Assembly: GCF_009834535.1 (NCBI RefSeq)
Contig: NC_045696.1
Coordinates: 3,846,001-3,910,000 of the forward strand
Source of the DNA: Camelus ferus
Lineage: Eukaryota
Length of the DNA stretch: 64,000 nucleotides
Direction of reading: 5' to 3'
This document shows positions 38,216 to 50,230 of the stretch, piece by piece (within the stretch, counting starts at the first letter, position 1; every line of letters begins with the position of its first letter). The notes beneath the pieces were generated by a model that saw only the letters and a list, made by a program, of their open reading frames with translations, did no database searches and had not been told where the DNA came from. A program made the translations under genes and the position numbers.

Positions 38216-39439
38216 TGTTTGCGTGGATTTTAGCCATAAAAGAGAAATCGTGTGTAAGCGTGAAAAACTTAAGCATGTTTTATAATAAAATACTTGTGGG
38301 GAAAAAAACCTCTGAAATTTCGGTTTTTAAGAAGTTAACTATGAATAAAATAATATTTATAATTTTTCTCTTTTTCAGAGAAAAAAGTTACTCAGATCAT
38401 TGATACTCTTGAAAAGACTTGACTTTGTAGGGTGAGGGCGGCAGGAGGGTGAAGGTTCAGGGCTCACATAGGGATTGAGTGGGGCCTGTTTCATTAGAGC
38501 AACCCTTCTGCAAACACATTGCATTTGGTAATTAACGTGTTAATTTCTCTTGCCAGACCCCGGGTAATATGCGTTCTACAAAGAATAATAAAAACTGTAT
38601 TGCTCATTTAGAAACAAATTTTAATAAAATGGTAAGAAAAATAAGAGGGGTGTAATATTATTTGCAATGCAAATGAAGCTTGTCACTAGGTCCCTGGGCT
38701 GACCACACTGAGCCCCTCTCCAGCCACAAGCACCTCCCCCTACCTGCTGTGTACCTGGTCGGGGAGGGGAGGAGGCAGAAACCAGAGGTGCAAATTCATC
38801 TCCTCTCTCTTCCTAAACCCTTCGAGGGTGTCCTTGCACTGAGGTCGAACCAAGCTCTTTGAATGGGCAGGCGAGATCTCCGTGGTCTGACCCAGCCCGC
38901 TTTCAAATGTTCTCAAGCAGCAGCACCTTTCTAATGAAATATTGGCCACAGTCTGCAAAATGGACCCAAGCAGAGGTGGACAAAGGAGAGGGCTCAGATG
39001 TACCAGGGGCCGCCCTAGCTTGGCCTCCACGCCCCATGGGAGCTGGCCCTCTCGGAGCATGCGCGGTGGTTACAGGCCTTCCTGCCCAGGAAGTGGGGCA
39101 ACGCAGCTCCTTTATGCTCTCTGTCCCGCAGTGGCGCCACTCACTGCCCCTGCCTCCCCCACCTTGCCAAGGCCACCAGCCTGGTCTTCAACCTGGCCCT
39201 GGCTGGGGAACCCCCAGCACCTGGACAGTCCCCGAGGGACAAGCTGGCCAGCACTTCTGCCTGCCTCACTCTCCTGGGAAGCATGGAGCTTGAAAGGAAA
39301 GGATCTGTGACGTGACATGACCCAAAGAGTGGCCCCTTTATGCCTCACACCCTTGACTTATATAACCTTTCATTCAACTCGGTGCTTTTCTCAAAGCCCA
39401 GGATGTGGGCTTGAAATGTAATTCAGGAGGTGGACCTGC

Positions 39440-39720
39440 AGTCAAGTTTGTTTAACAATAAACCGTTGTCATTGGAGCAGTGCTGCATCTACTAAAACGC
39501 TCTGAGGGCATGGCGGGCACCCAGTACACTCCTGCTTGTATTTCCCCTGCAGCTACACTGCCATTTATTATCTGAAAGTGTTGGCATTCAGCAATGTAAT
39601 GAAAACATTAGTCTTGACCTGATGAAAAAAAGTCTTTCACTCACTAAGGCAGAGAGAACTCAGTCCACTGGGTTCCTGACAGAGGCTAGGTATGTGGGGG
39701 CTCTGGTGAGAACAGAGTTT
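39440..39720. promoter_or_regulatory. Probable orthologue of the human TMPRSS2 upstream (~-13 kb) androgen-responsive enhancer
   Basis: TGGAGCAGTGCTGCAT (39473), TGATGAAAAAAAGTCTTTCACTCACTAAGGCAG (39620) and GGTATGT match, in order, my recall of the human enhancer; forkhead-like GTTTGTTTAAC, GATA TTATCT. Confidence 0.6.
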
Positions 39721-39751
39721 TTAGTGCTTTGAGGTAGAATTGTAGTTTGAC

Positions 39752-40059
39752 CAGAAATAGACTCCCAGACATAGAAAACAAATTTATGGTTACCGAAGGG
39801 GAGAGGGGGCGGGGAGGGATAAGTCAGGAGTTTGGGATTTGCAGATACACACCACTGTATATAAAACAGGCAAACAACAAGGAAGGTCCTCCTGTAAGTA
39901 CAGGGAACTGTATTTAATATCTTGTAACAACCTGTAATAGAAAAGAATCTGAAAAGGAATATACATGTGTATAACTGGCTCACTTTGCTGTGCACCGGCA
40001 ACTAGCACAATAGCGTAAATCATCGCAATCCTTCAATTAAAAACAAAACAAAGCAAAAA
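39752..40059 (+). mobile_element. L1 3'UTR fragment with TSD
   Basis: TSD AGAATTGTAGTTTGAC (39736-39751) / AGAAATGTAGTTTGAC (40060-40075); body matches the 3'UTR at 13620-13900. Confidence 0.92.
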
Positions 40060-42406
40060 AGAAATGTAGTTTGACAGGAGACAGCTTGAAATTCACCAGG
40101 CTGAGGTTGGCGGTTCATCCAACAAGAGGTTGATTCCAGAGTGGATTAATTATAAACAAATCGGTGCACATACGTAGGAAGTGCACACCCTTAATTTACG
40201 GTTCCCAGACCCAGGGGTACCATCCTGAGAGGCTAGAATGCGTCTGCTTGATGCCGTGGCTCTGAGTCAGGGTAGGTGTGTCGCGAGAGCCGTAGCAGAC
40301 TGTTTCAGGAAAAGGTTGTGTGTCTAGGCACTGCTAGCAGTAGTTGTAATAATCACTGTGCAATAGTGACACTTCTCTAAACATTTTCCATGCTTTCACT
40401 CATTTAAACTGAGTCACCACCTTTCCACAGGAGGAAACTGGGGCTCGGGGAGGCTAAGTGACTGCTGCCCTGTGTCAGTTTCCCTGGGAAGCGAGAAGTT
40501 TCTCAAGGAGTGTTATTGGGGTCAACACTTCGGGGGCTGAAGGAAGCAGATGTGGATGGAAGGAAGTGCTGAGCTGTGGTGCAGTCACCATGGAGGCCTC
40601 GGCCAGCCCCGGGGAACTGGGAGCTCAGCCCACCCCAACCCACCCGTCACTGGTGCAGACTCCGTCCTGGTGGAGAAGGGTCAGAGGACTAGGGGTCCGG
40701 TGCCTCGGAGCTAGAGGTGGGCTTTGGGGGAACACGTAGCCACTTCGGACGTCACGGAAGAGCCAATGCTCTCCGATGCACCGCAGCTATCTGGTTACAG
40801 GGCTGTCCCTTCACTGCTGTGAGAGCGGAGAGTCACAGATGAAGAAACTTGTCAGCTCAGGGATTCATACTCTCTAGAGGAGAAAAAACATCAAGCAAGA
40901 AAACAGGCACTGAATCATGGAAAAAGCCAGAGAGGTGCAGTCACCTGGCCTGGCCAGCATCCTTCTCTCTCTGAACCAGGACTTTGGCTGGTGGGGACCG
41001 AGGGCCAAGCCTGAGTCTGGCTGTGGACCTGAAGACCTTCTCTCTGGACATGCGCTGGACCTGGCGGTGGCATCTCCTGAGATGCATCATCTCACACAGA
41101 AAGCCTGCAATCCCTCCGCCCCTGACTGCAAAAGGAAGTCCCCTGAGGGTAGAGCGGGGAGCCAGCAGCTCCTGTCGGGACAGCAGGCCGGGGGTCCCAG
41201 CCCTCCGTGCTGGGCAGGAGTGGGGGACCTCCAGGGGATCACTGACTGCTGCTGCTTCTCCTCCTCTTTTCCAAGTAGGGTTTTTTATTGCCATTGCCCT
41301 GTTTTCTCTCCATTATTATGAATTCGGTGTGTAGGGGACAGAGTTAGAAGTTAGCCCCCAGGGTCAGGTTCAAGGAGGCCTGCTGACCTCAGTGAGCACC
41401 CATTCACCAGCGTTCCTTGTCCCAGGTGCCTCGATGGGGGCGGGGGATGGTCTCCCCATGGAGTTGAGAGCAGCCGAGTGGGGAGGACCCAGATCAGATG
41501 CAGGGGACTCAGGGCCCAGAAGGCGGACAGAGGGAGGCGGAGGCAGGGCTGGCTGTTCCTCCGTCACCTTCACCGCCACCGCCAGTGCTGGTGACGCTCC
41601 CTCCCCACCCCGCACACCCTTTCCCCTGTAATTGTCTCCCTCTGGGCTCTGAGCAAAGGGGGCCTGGAAGACTTGGCACACAGACTGGGGCCCCTCCCAA
41701 GTCTGGGAGCCACAGCCCCTCTGTCTGATTCAGCCCACCAGACGGCTGTGCCCAGAGACCCAGCTCCGGTCTCAGCCCCGCCTGTGTGCCAAAGGCAGGT
41801 CAGGTGCCACCGCCCTGGGCCCCAGGGTCCTCAGCTGTGAACGGGGAGATCAGCGTGCCTGTCTCCCAGTGAGGCAGCGCAAACTCCAGTGTGGGGCCCG
41901 GCGTCGTAAATGTTTAATGAGAGGTAATTGCTATTTTTACAGGGCCGAGAGCCAGTACATACTGAGCCTCAGAGCAAAGTCTTAAAACTTGTTTCAGCCA
42001 CAAAAAAACCCAGCAAATACTGAAAACTCTTTCCTTGTTTGAACAAGTGGGATTTGAATTCACCCAAAGAACTTGCTGCAAGTGTGGTGACTGTACAAAG
42101 GAGCCCACAGGCGAGCTTATCTTCCCAGCAGTGGTGCTTGGATAAGGGGCCTCAAAACCCTTGGAGGGACAGGCCGAAGGTCCTGAGATCACCCGGGGTG
42201 GTTTCGTGTGGCTTCTGAACACTCCTTGCCTCCTTTTGACTCAGAATAAATCCTCTGTGTCCTGCATGTCTGTATTCCAAGGGGTTTGACTCTTTTTAGT
42301 GCCTCCAGGCTCTGGGTACCCATGGGAATCTTAGGGCTGGTGAGCATCAAACCACAGCCCAGTTATCCTCTCCCTCTCACCAAGTGTGGGGCCAGAGATG
42401 GATTTC

Positions 42407-42940
42407 TTTTTTTTTTTAATGAAGAGTTTTGTCTTTATTAAGTTATGCATTTTTTGTATTTGCATATTTCTGGGTTTTTTTTTTTAAATTGAAGTATAGT
42501 TGATATACAATGTTGTATTAGTCTCTGGTGTACAGCAAAGTGATTCAGCCATATGTAGATTACATTCTTTTACATATTCTTTTTCACTATAGTTTATTAC
42601 AGAATATTGAATACAGTTAGTTCCTTGTGCTTTACAGTAGGACCTTGTTATTTATCTATTTCATATATAGTAGTTTGTATCTGCTAATCCCAAACTCCTA
42701 ATTTATCCCTCCCCCACCCCCTTCCCCTTTTGGTAACCCGAAGTCTGTTTTCTACGTCTGTGAGTCTGTTTCTGTTTCATAAATAAGTTCATCTGTGTCA
42801 TATTTAAGCTTCTACCCCCCAGTGATACTGTATAGGATTTGTCTTTCTCTGTCTGCCTAACTCAGTATGATCATCTCTAGGTCTATCCATGTTGCTGCAA
42901 ATTGCATTATTTCATTCTTTTTATGGCTGAGTAGTATTCC

Positions 42941-43002
<62 letters not shown>

Positions 43003-43772
43003 CACGCGCACGTGCCACAACTATACCACAACTTTATCCAGTTGTCAGTTGTTGGACATTTAGATTGTTTCCATGTCTTGGCTGTTGTAAATAGTGCTGC
43101 TATGAACATTAGGCTGCATGTGTCTTTTCAAATTAGACTTTTATCTGGATGTATGCCCAGAAGTGGGATTGCTGGATCATAGGGTAAGCATATTTTCAGT
43201 TTTTTAAGGAACCTTCATACTGTTCTCCATAGTGGCTGCACCAATTTACATTCCCATCAACAGTGTAGGAGGGTTCTTTTTTCTATGCACCTTCTCCAGC
43301 ATTTGTTATTTGTAGACTTTTTAATGATGGTTATTCTGAACAGTATGAGGTGGTGCCTCACCATAGTTTTGATTTGCATTTCTCTAATAATTAGCAATGT
43401 TGAACATCTCTTTATGTGCCTGCTTATCGGCCATTTGTATGTGTTTTTTGGAGAAATATCTATTTAGGTCTTCAGTCCATTTTTTTGATTTGTTATTTGT
43501 TTTTTTGTTATTGAGATGTATGAGCTGTTTGTATATTTTGGAAATTAAGCCCTTGTTGGTTTCATCCTTTGCAAATATTTTGTCCCATTCTGTAGGTTGT
43601 CTTTTCATTTTGTTTATGGTTTCCTTTGCTGTGCAAAAGCTTATAAATTTGATTAGGTCCCATTTGTTTATTTTTGCTTTCATTTCTATTTATTCTATTT
43701 ATTTTTTATTGGGAGACTAACCTAGGAAAACACTGGTAGGATTTATGTCAGAGAATGCTTTGCCCAAGTTCT
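42407..43772 (-). mobile_element. 5'-truncated L1 (ORF2 C-terminal part + 3'UTR) with probable 3' transduction
   Basis: ORF 43384-43683 [37 protein letters not shown] is L1 ORF2; two poly(T) tracts; TSD CAGAGATGGATTT (42393-42405) / CAGAGATGAGTTT (43773-43785). Confidence 0.92.
42943..42998. repeat. (TG)n microsatellite inside L1
   Basis: About 28 TG units. Confidence 0.95.
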
Positions 43773-43849
43773 CAGAGATGAGTTTATTGCTGACAGATAT
43801 ATAGCTCCCTCATTCCCATTAAGGGACGTGTTTTCAGGGACACACATTT

Positions 43850-45090
43850 AAAAACCAGTTAGTTTAATGATACATACATCACGTGTAAAATTATGAAATA
43901 TTCCATACATACAACAGGATTATATATAATGCAGAAAGGTATAAAGAAATCACAAAGTGAACACCTGTGTAGTCACCGTCCAGACTGAGAAGGATTGTCA
44001 CCAATGCCATGATGCATTATGTCCAGTCCCCCCAGTTTGCATCTCAGCCCACTGAACCCCATCCACTCCCACTGGGGGAAAAACCACAGTACTGAACTGG
44101 GTGTTTATCCATTTCCTTCTCTTTCCTACAGGTTTGCCATGTATCAGTGTACCTCCAAAACTGTTATTCGATGTTGGATGTTTAGGACTTTATATAAAAG
44201 GAGCCCCCAGTATGTTGTCTCCCTGCAACTTGCTTTTTTTGCCTCACATTTTGGGAGATTCATCCACAGTACTGCGAACAGCTGTGGTTTGCCCATTCTT
44301 ATTGCTGGGTAATGTTCCATCATATGAACAGACCAATACATATTTATTTCTTTTCCCATTTGGAGGAACCGACAGGGGTTTCCTGTTAGTACCTAGGTTG
44401 TTTCCATGATTTTGCAATATAAACAGTGCTTCTGTAAACATTCCTGTAGAAGTTTCTGGGCACCTTGCAAGAATTCTAGGTACATCCTTGGGAGTGAAAT
44501 TCCAGGGTGAAAGTTTTACACATCTTCAACATCACCGCAGAACACCAAACCGTTTTTCAATGTGGTTGTACTAATTGCCTGCCTCCTCCTTTACCTCCCC
44601 CCTTTCCCTCCAGCTGACTCAATTTTGGTCATACATGGTACTGAGCAGCTTTAATTTTTAATCAGTCTGGTTTGGTGTTTGTTTTTTTTGTGTGTAGTAA
44701 AATATACATTACATAAAATTTACCATTTTTCATGATGACTTCTACCTTTGAAAAAAAGTAAAAATTCACCATCTTAACCATTTTTAGGTGCACAGTTCAC
44801 CGGCAGTAAGCACATTCACACTGTTGTGCAGCCATCACCGCCATCATCTCCAGAACTTTCCATCTTCCCCAACTGAAACTCAGTCCCCAGTAAACAGTAA
44901 CTCCCCATTTGCCAACCGCAGCCCCTGCCACACTCCGCTCTGCTTTCTGCCTCTGTGACCTTGACCCCTCCAGGGACCTCATGTGAGTGGATCAGACAGT
45001 GTTTGTCTTTCTGTATCTGGCTTATTTCACTCAGCATCATGTCCTCAAGCTCCCTCCATGCCGAAGCACTCAGTTTTAATTTGGGCTCCA
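43850..45090 (-). mobile_element. Older L1 3' fragments (L1ME-like ~43850-44660; L1MA/MB-like ~44690-45090)
   Basis: ORF 44816-45091 WRELEDMMLSEISQIQKDKHCLI; CACATTCACACTGTTGTGCAGCCATCACC; GTGAAATTCCAGGGT...TTTTCAATGTGGTTGTACTAATT. Confidence 0.7.
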
Positions 45091-45229
45091 CGTCCTACAG
45101 CGATGTGTGTCTGTGCGTTTTCAGAAGGGGTTGGTTAGAGGACCTGCCCCACAGGAGCTGTGCAACCTGTCTCTGTGTGGCTCTTGTGCACTCATCTGGT
45201 GCTGAAGCTTGCAGACCACAGGGGATGAT

Positions 45230-45622
45230 GGCATGTTACTCTGCTCAGGATGCTGCAACAAAACCCCACAGTCTGGGCTGGTTAGACAGGAGACATTTAT
45301 TTTCTCACAGTTCTGGAGGCTGGAGGCCCAAGATCAGGATGCCTGGCTGTTGGGGTCCTGGTGAGGGCTCTCTTCCTGGCTTGCAGACAAGTCCTCACGT
45401 GGCCTGTCCTCAATGCATGCACGCTGAGAGAGAGAGAAACAGACAGACATAGACACATACAGACAGAGAGATCGAATCTTCTTTCTGTAAGGCCAGCAGT
45501 CCTGTCAATCACCAATCTACCCTTGATCTCATTAAACCCTGATTAAGTCCTGTCTCCAAATACAGTCACATTGGGGTTAGGGCTTCATCAAATGAATTTG
45601 GGGTGCATGGTTCAGTCCACAA
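45230..45622 (-). mobile_element. MaLR LTR (MLT1A/B-like)
   Basis: ATTTATTTTCTCACAGTTCTGGAGGCTGGAGGCCCAAGATCAGG...CCAAATACAGTCACATTGGGGTTAGGGCTTCA. Confidence 0.85.
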
Positions 45623-48249
45623 GCGGAGTAACTGGGGGGGGCAAGGACAAGCTGGAGCCCTTACAGGTGAGCTGGAGCCCACAAGGTCGGACTGTTGCCC
45701 TAACCTTGACCAAGTTGTCCTGCAGAGGCTGGGGTGGGGTTCATCACAGAGCAAAACACACACAGCCTTGAGTCACAGAAGCCGGAGGATCAGGGGAAAG
45801 GACCTGGCCACTGCCTTGAGCAGTGAGTGCCTTGAGTGGTGAGCCAGCTGAGCAGTAACGAGTATGGAGCAAACACTGGCCCTGATTCACTTCTGTCCGC
45901 CAAGCCTCCCAAGGGCTCATGGCCCAACCTAACCAGAAACACACATGAAAGGAATTCTAGTGAGACTGTCCCTTTACAAAGCCACTCCGTCATCTAAACA
46001 TTCTAGTCCTTTATTTTCACATGTGATCTTTAATTTACCCAAACTGATTTGCGTATTTCACATGATACAGGATTCTAACGTCACCTTTTTCCTTCTGGGT
46101 AATGAGATTTCCCATTAGACGTCTCCGCGGGCCTGTATGCCCCTGAAACATTTCGTGCTTCCGTACGGAGATGGCTCTGTGTCCAGGCTCTCTGTCTCTT
46201 CCCATTCACTGTTTCCTCTTCTCCCTACATTAATACCCCGATCAGCTTTCTGCCATAAAGTCGGGAGGCTCAGTCTCCTTCATTCGGTCTTCCAAGTGGG
46301 ACAGTTTATTAATTTAGCCAAACCAGCTTCCTTTTACATACGTCCATTCTACATGGGTCTCATAAATTGTATATTTCAGTCTTTAAATATTAGACAATCT
46401 GATAATCTATATCTTTCAAAAAATCTATTCATATTATCTGGACAGTGTGGAGTATTTACATGTGTTATGAATTACATTCCACTACACAGTCTAAGAGTTT
46501 GCTTCTGCCGTGTGCCTGGGACATCACCAGTCTGGGACCACTTTAGATTAAACTCTTGACTTGATGTTCCTCTGACTACAGAGATAGTGGGGATTCAGGT
46601 GCAAAACTTAAATTCTCATAAGAGGGCTTGTGGTAGTTATAAATTCTCAGGAGAGTGTTAGTGCTGCTCCACTGAGAGCTGAGACTAAGAAATGGAAGTG
46701 TTTACTGGTCATCACCCATCAGTGGGATAGATACATTCTTAAAAAATCGTCTTCTTTTTGAGGGCAGGGCTTTTTGGTGCTGACTTGGTGCTGTGGTGCC
46801 AGAACAAGTCCCCCCTCCCCCCGCCCTGCTGAGGACTGTGACGTCGTCATTCACCCTCACCCTCTGCAAGACAGAGGTGGCTGGATGATTTCAGGATCTC
46901 ACAGCCACCCTGACTTCCCCACACGGGAGCTCCCGCTTCACTTTTGTGTCTGAGGATTTGCCAAGTTTTCTTGCAAAATCATCTGTAACTTTAAAAGATT
47001 TTCAACAGTATATATTCTATCAAGTCCTGTTGGCTGTTTCCTAGTGTGGACAGTATCTCAGGATGTCTAGTCTGCCCTATGGCTATGAGAAGAACTCTGT
47101 TGCTTGTTGTTTTTTTTTTAATATCTAATAATACTGTTCTGTTTTCACTGTATTACAGCTACTCCCCTTGGTCAATAATTCTGATTTCCACTTGTATTCA
47201 TGAAAGAAGTGGGAAAGGGGGCTTACTTCAGAGTTGGTTTGAGTCAGTGGTTGGATGATGTCATCAAGAGCTGGGTTCCCTGTCATCACTATGCTACAGG
47301 TTTTGACGGAGGAGCCATCTTTATCCCGGTACTCGCTGCCTGGTGATGGGAAGATGGCTAGCAACATTTCTGAGATGACTGGCTGCTTCTTTCTCCCAGC
47401 ACAAGGAGGAGGGTCTCTGGAAGCTCCCATAGAAGAGTGAAAATACACCATCCTCCCCACCCCGACCCCACGCCAGGAAACCTCTCTTCCAGGTCTCACT
47501 GGCCAAAAGCGGGTTGTGTGTTTATCCCTGAAGCAAGAATCCTGGTAGGCAATGGGCTTAAGCTGCTGAACCAGACACTGGCCACAGGCCTGCTGCTAGC
47601 ACCGGGATGGAGCTGGCTCCCCAAGTCGGTGATCTACTCCTGGGAGACGTGTATACCTCCAAAAAGTTCCAGAAAGTTGCAAAGAGAAGGGGATGTGAAT
47701 AGTGAGAGAACGGCCACAAGAGGGATGAAGGTGCGGACACATATACAGCCTGGTGGACAGGTGGACACTGGTGTTCTGTGGAGCAATGGTGTCATTTGGA
47801 GGGCTCCAAACATGCTACTCAAAACATAAATGAGTCACTACCAAAGACCCCCTGACCTGACCTATCTGCAGGAGACAGTCCTCAAGGGTCTTCTGCTTGG
47901 ACAAACTTGACACCAGTGAAGGATGAGAGATGAGAAGGACTGGGGCATGTGCCGGAATGTCCCCTGTGGTGGATCAAAGGGTGGGAGCCAAAGGAAAGGA
48001 TGCGAAGAACTTACTAGGTAAGTCCAGCTCCCAGGACACCTGCTCAGGAAGGAGCGCTGAGCCGATGCAGCAGGTGATTTGGAATGAATTCAGCTTCCTT
48101 TCTCTTCTAAAGCAATCCGCCTTAATTTACATATTGCAAACAGCATTGGAAAGAGCCTCGTAAGGATGATGGAAAAGCCATGCCTTCTGAACTAAGATTT
48201 CTCTCACCCTCTTTCCTCACCCCCTGTTTCTCCTCTTAGGTGGGCGGGA

Positions 48250-50230
48250 AGACTTCAGCCACTCTTGGGGTTGTTCCCAGGGAGGGGGAGGGGCTTGGGA
48301 CCTGAGGGCAGAGAGATGCCGCCCCAACGGACTGCGGAGGGTCCTTGGCGCGAAGGGCTCCGTCCTTGGGCTCTACTGCCCGGGCCAGCGGTCCCTGGGC
48401 GCAGACTCCTGGGTCCTCGCCTTGGGCACAGAGGCCATGCCGGAGCCAAGACCCCGCCGGCCCATACAAGACTTGATCAGCGCCCCCAGGATCCCTCTCC
48501 TGAATCCAAACTCGACTCCTCGGGCCGCGAAGCGCCGCGACCTGCTCGGCCAGGGAGGAGTACGGCGGGAAATGCCCTCCTCCCCAACCCAAAACTGCCT
48601 GCCGGGGACGGAAGCGTCCTCGGAACTCCCTCTGGGTCTGGCCAAGGTCCCGGCCCGGGCTTTCCCTGGGGGAAACTCCTCCTCCCGCAGCCCCCTCCCC
48701 CGCCCCGATCCGCCCCGCCTGGGACAGCCGTTCCCGTCCGTCCCCTCCCCCTGCCCGAGGTGACCCGGGACCGGCGCTTGGGGGTGTCTCCCTGGGTATA
48801 CTCGGACACCGCCTCCCGGGATTAAAGCGAGAGCCGGGGAGGATCGGGGACTCGGCGCTGGGCAGAGGAAGACGCGAACCCGGGGGGAGGCGGAGGAGGA
48901 GGAAGGGTGAGGGGCAGGGAGCGCCGCGCCCCGGAGCTCCGCAGGTAAGCGGCACTCGCGGTGGGTTCCCTGCGCAGGGCTGGGGGCAGGGAGGGGGTCC
49001 CGGGAGCAAGGGAGAACCTGGGCGCCAGGGAGCGACCTAGCCGCCGCCCCGCGCTGGGTGGGAGTAGCAGCAGGTGAAGCCAGGTGTGAGCAGCTCCGGC
49101 CCTGCAGGCGCGTCCTCCCACCAGCCGGCGCGCGGGGCCGAGCCGGGCAAGAAGACGTCCGTGGGGCCTGGAGGGTTCCGCGCGCCTGGGAACCCCTTGG
49201 CGCGTCGGTCAGTGGCCTCTGGCTGACACGTTGGCATCGCTTGCCTCGGGCAGGCTGCCCAGCGGGTCCTTAGCCAACTGGTCGGAGAAGAGAGTGCCTC
49301 CGGGTCCCTCAGGGTGGGTCCCCTCGGCGGGACCCGACTTAGCTCCACCTGCTTCTGCGGAATCGGGGATGCGCCTTTTCCCCTGGGGACGAGTTAGAGG
49401 GGGAATTGTCGATTCGCTTCTTTGTTTCGGGAAAATCTCTGCAGTCCCGGAGTGCTACCTGAACTCCTTCTGCTTCTTGGTTCCCTCCCGAAGTGGGGAG
49501 AAACTGGAAACTCGCTGAGATGCTGGGAGCGATACGGGCGGCGCGGCGGGGACGGCGGGGACAGGCCCGAGGGACTCGGGGCGAGGTGCGAACCGCTCAG
49601 CGGCCCCGGGGAGGGACTGCCCACGGCCCGGGCCCCGTTGCCGCGACCCGGAGGCGATGATCAGAGCTGGGCCACCTGGGCAGCGGGCACCTGCGGGTGC
49701 ATCCCCGGCCTGGAGGGGTGGTCTTGATCCCAAGGCGCGCACTTCCTGCCAGGGACGAGGCCGGGCACCCGGGCGCTGCGGTCCACCGCAAGCCGTCCGG
49801 CAGGACGCGGGATGGTGGACTGGCAGCCGAGCGCACCAGCCTGTCAGTGGGCGCCCTGCCCGCGGCTGCACGGGCCTTGCTGAAGAATTGCCTTATGGCC
49901 CCAAATTTCGTGCTTCCACTCCCCAGGGGGCCTGGTTGCTGGTGGCAAACGACATTGGCTGGAGCCCTGGCATTTTCGTGCATGGAGCCTTGAGCCCATG
50001 CGGCCAAGGGCCCGCCTCGCTGGAGGGCACAGAACGGTGATTCTGAATCAAGATTACTGCCTCTGAGGCACAGGCCGCGCTGGCGAGCCTGGTCAGGTGG
50101 AATCCTAGTGGATCGCTTGAGAGGGAAATGATAGCGACCCGAGGTCCGCCTGGTGGGCAGGGGTCACCCAGGGCTCGGCCTCCAGGCTTCGAATCCCCAA
50201 CCTCCATTCAAACAGGCGCGGTAGCCTCGG
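48250..50230. promoter_or_regulatory. TMPRSS2: TMPRSS2 promoter CpG island
   Basis: Very GC/CpG-rich ~2 kb; GC boxes at ~48700-48720; TATA-like GATTAAAGC at 48820, ~30 bp before the inferred TSS. Confidence 0.9.
48849..48944 (+). other. TMPRSS2: TMPRSS2 exon 1 (non-coding 5'UTR); start approximate
   Basis: ...GAGGGGCAGGGAGCGCCGCGCCCCGGAGCTCCGCAG|GTAAGC resembles the end of human exon 1; strong GT donor at 48945. Confidence 0.8.

Noticed and set aside
48236..50207. Many overlapping Pro/Gly/Arg-rich ORFs on both strands
   Set aside because: Stop-codon depletion in the promoter CpG island; no coding signature
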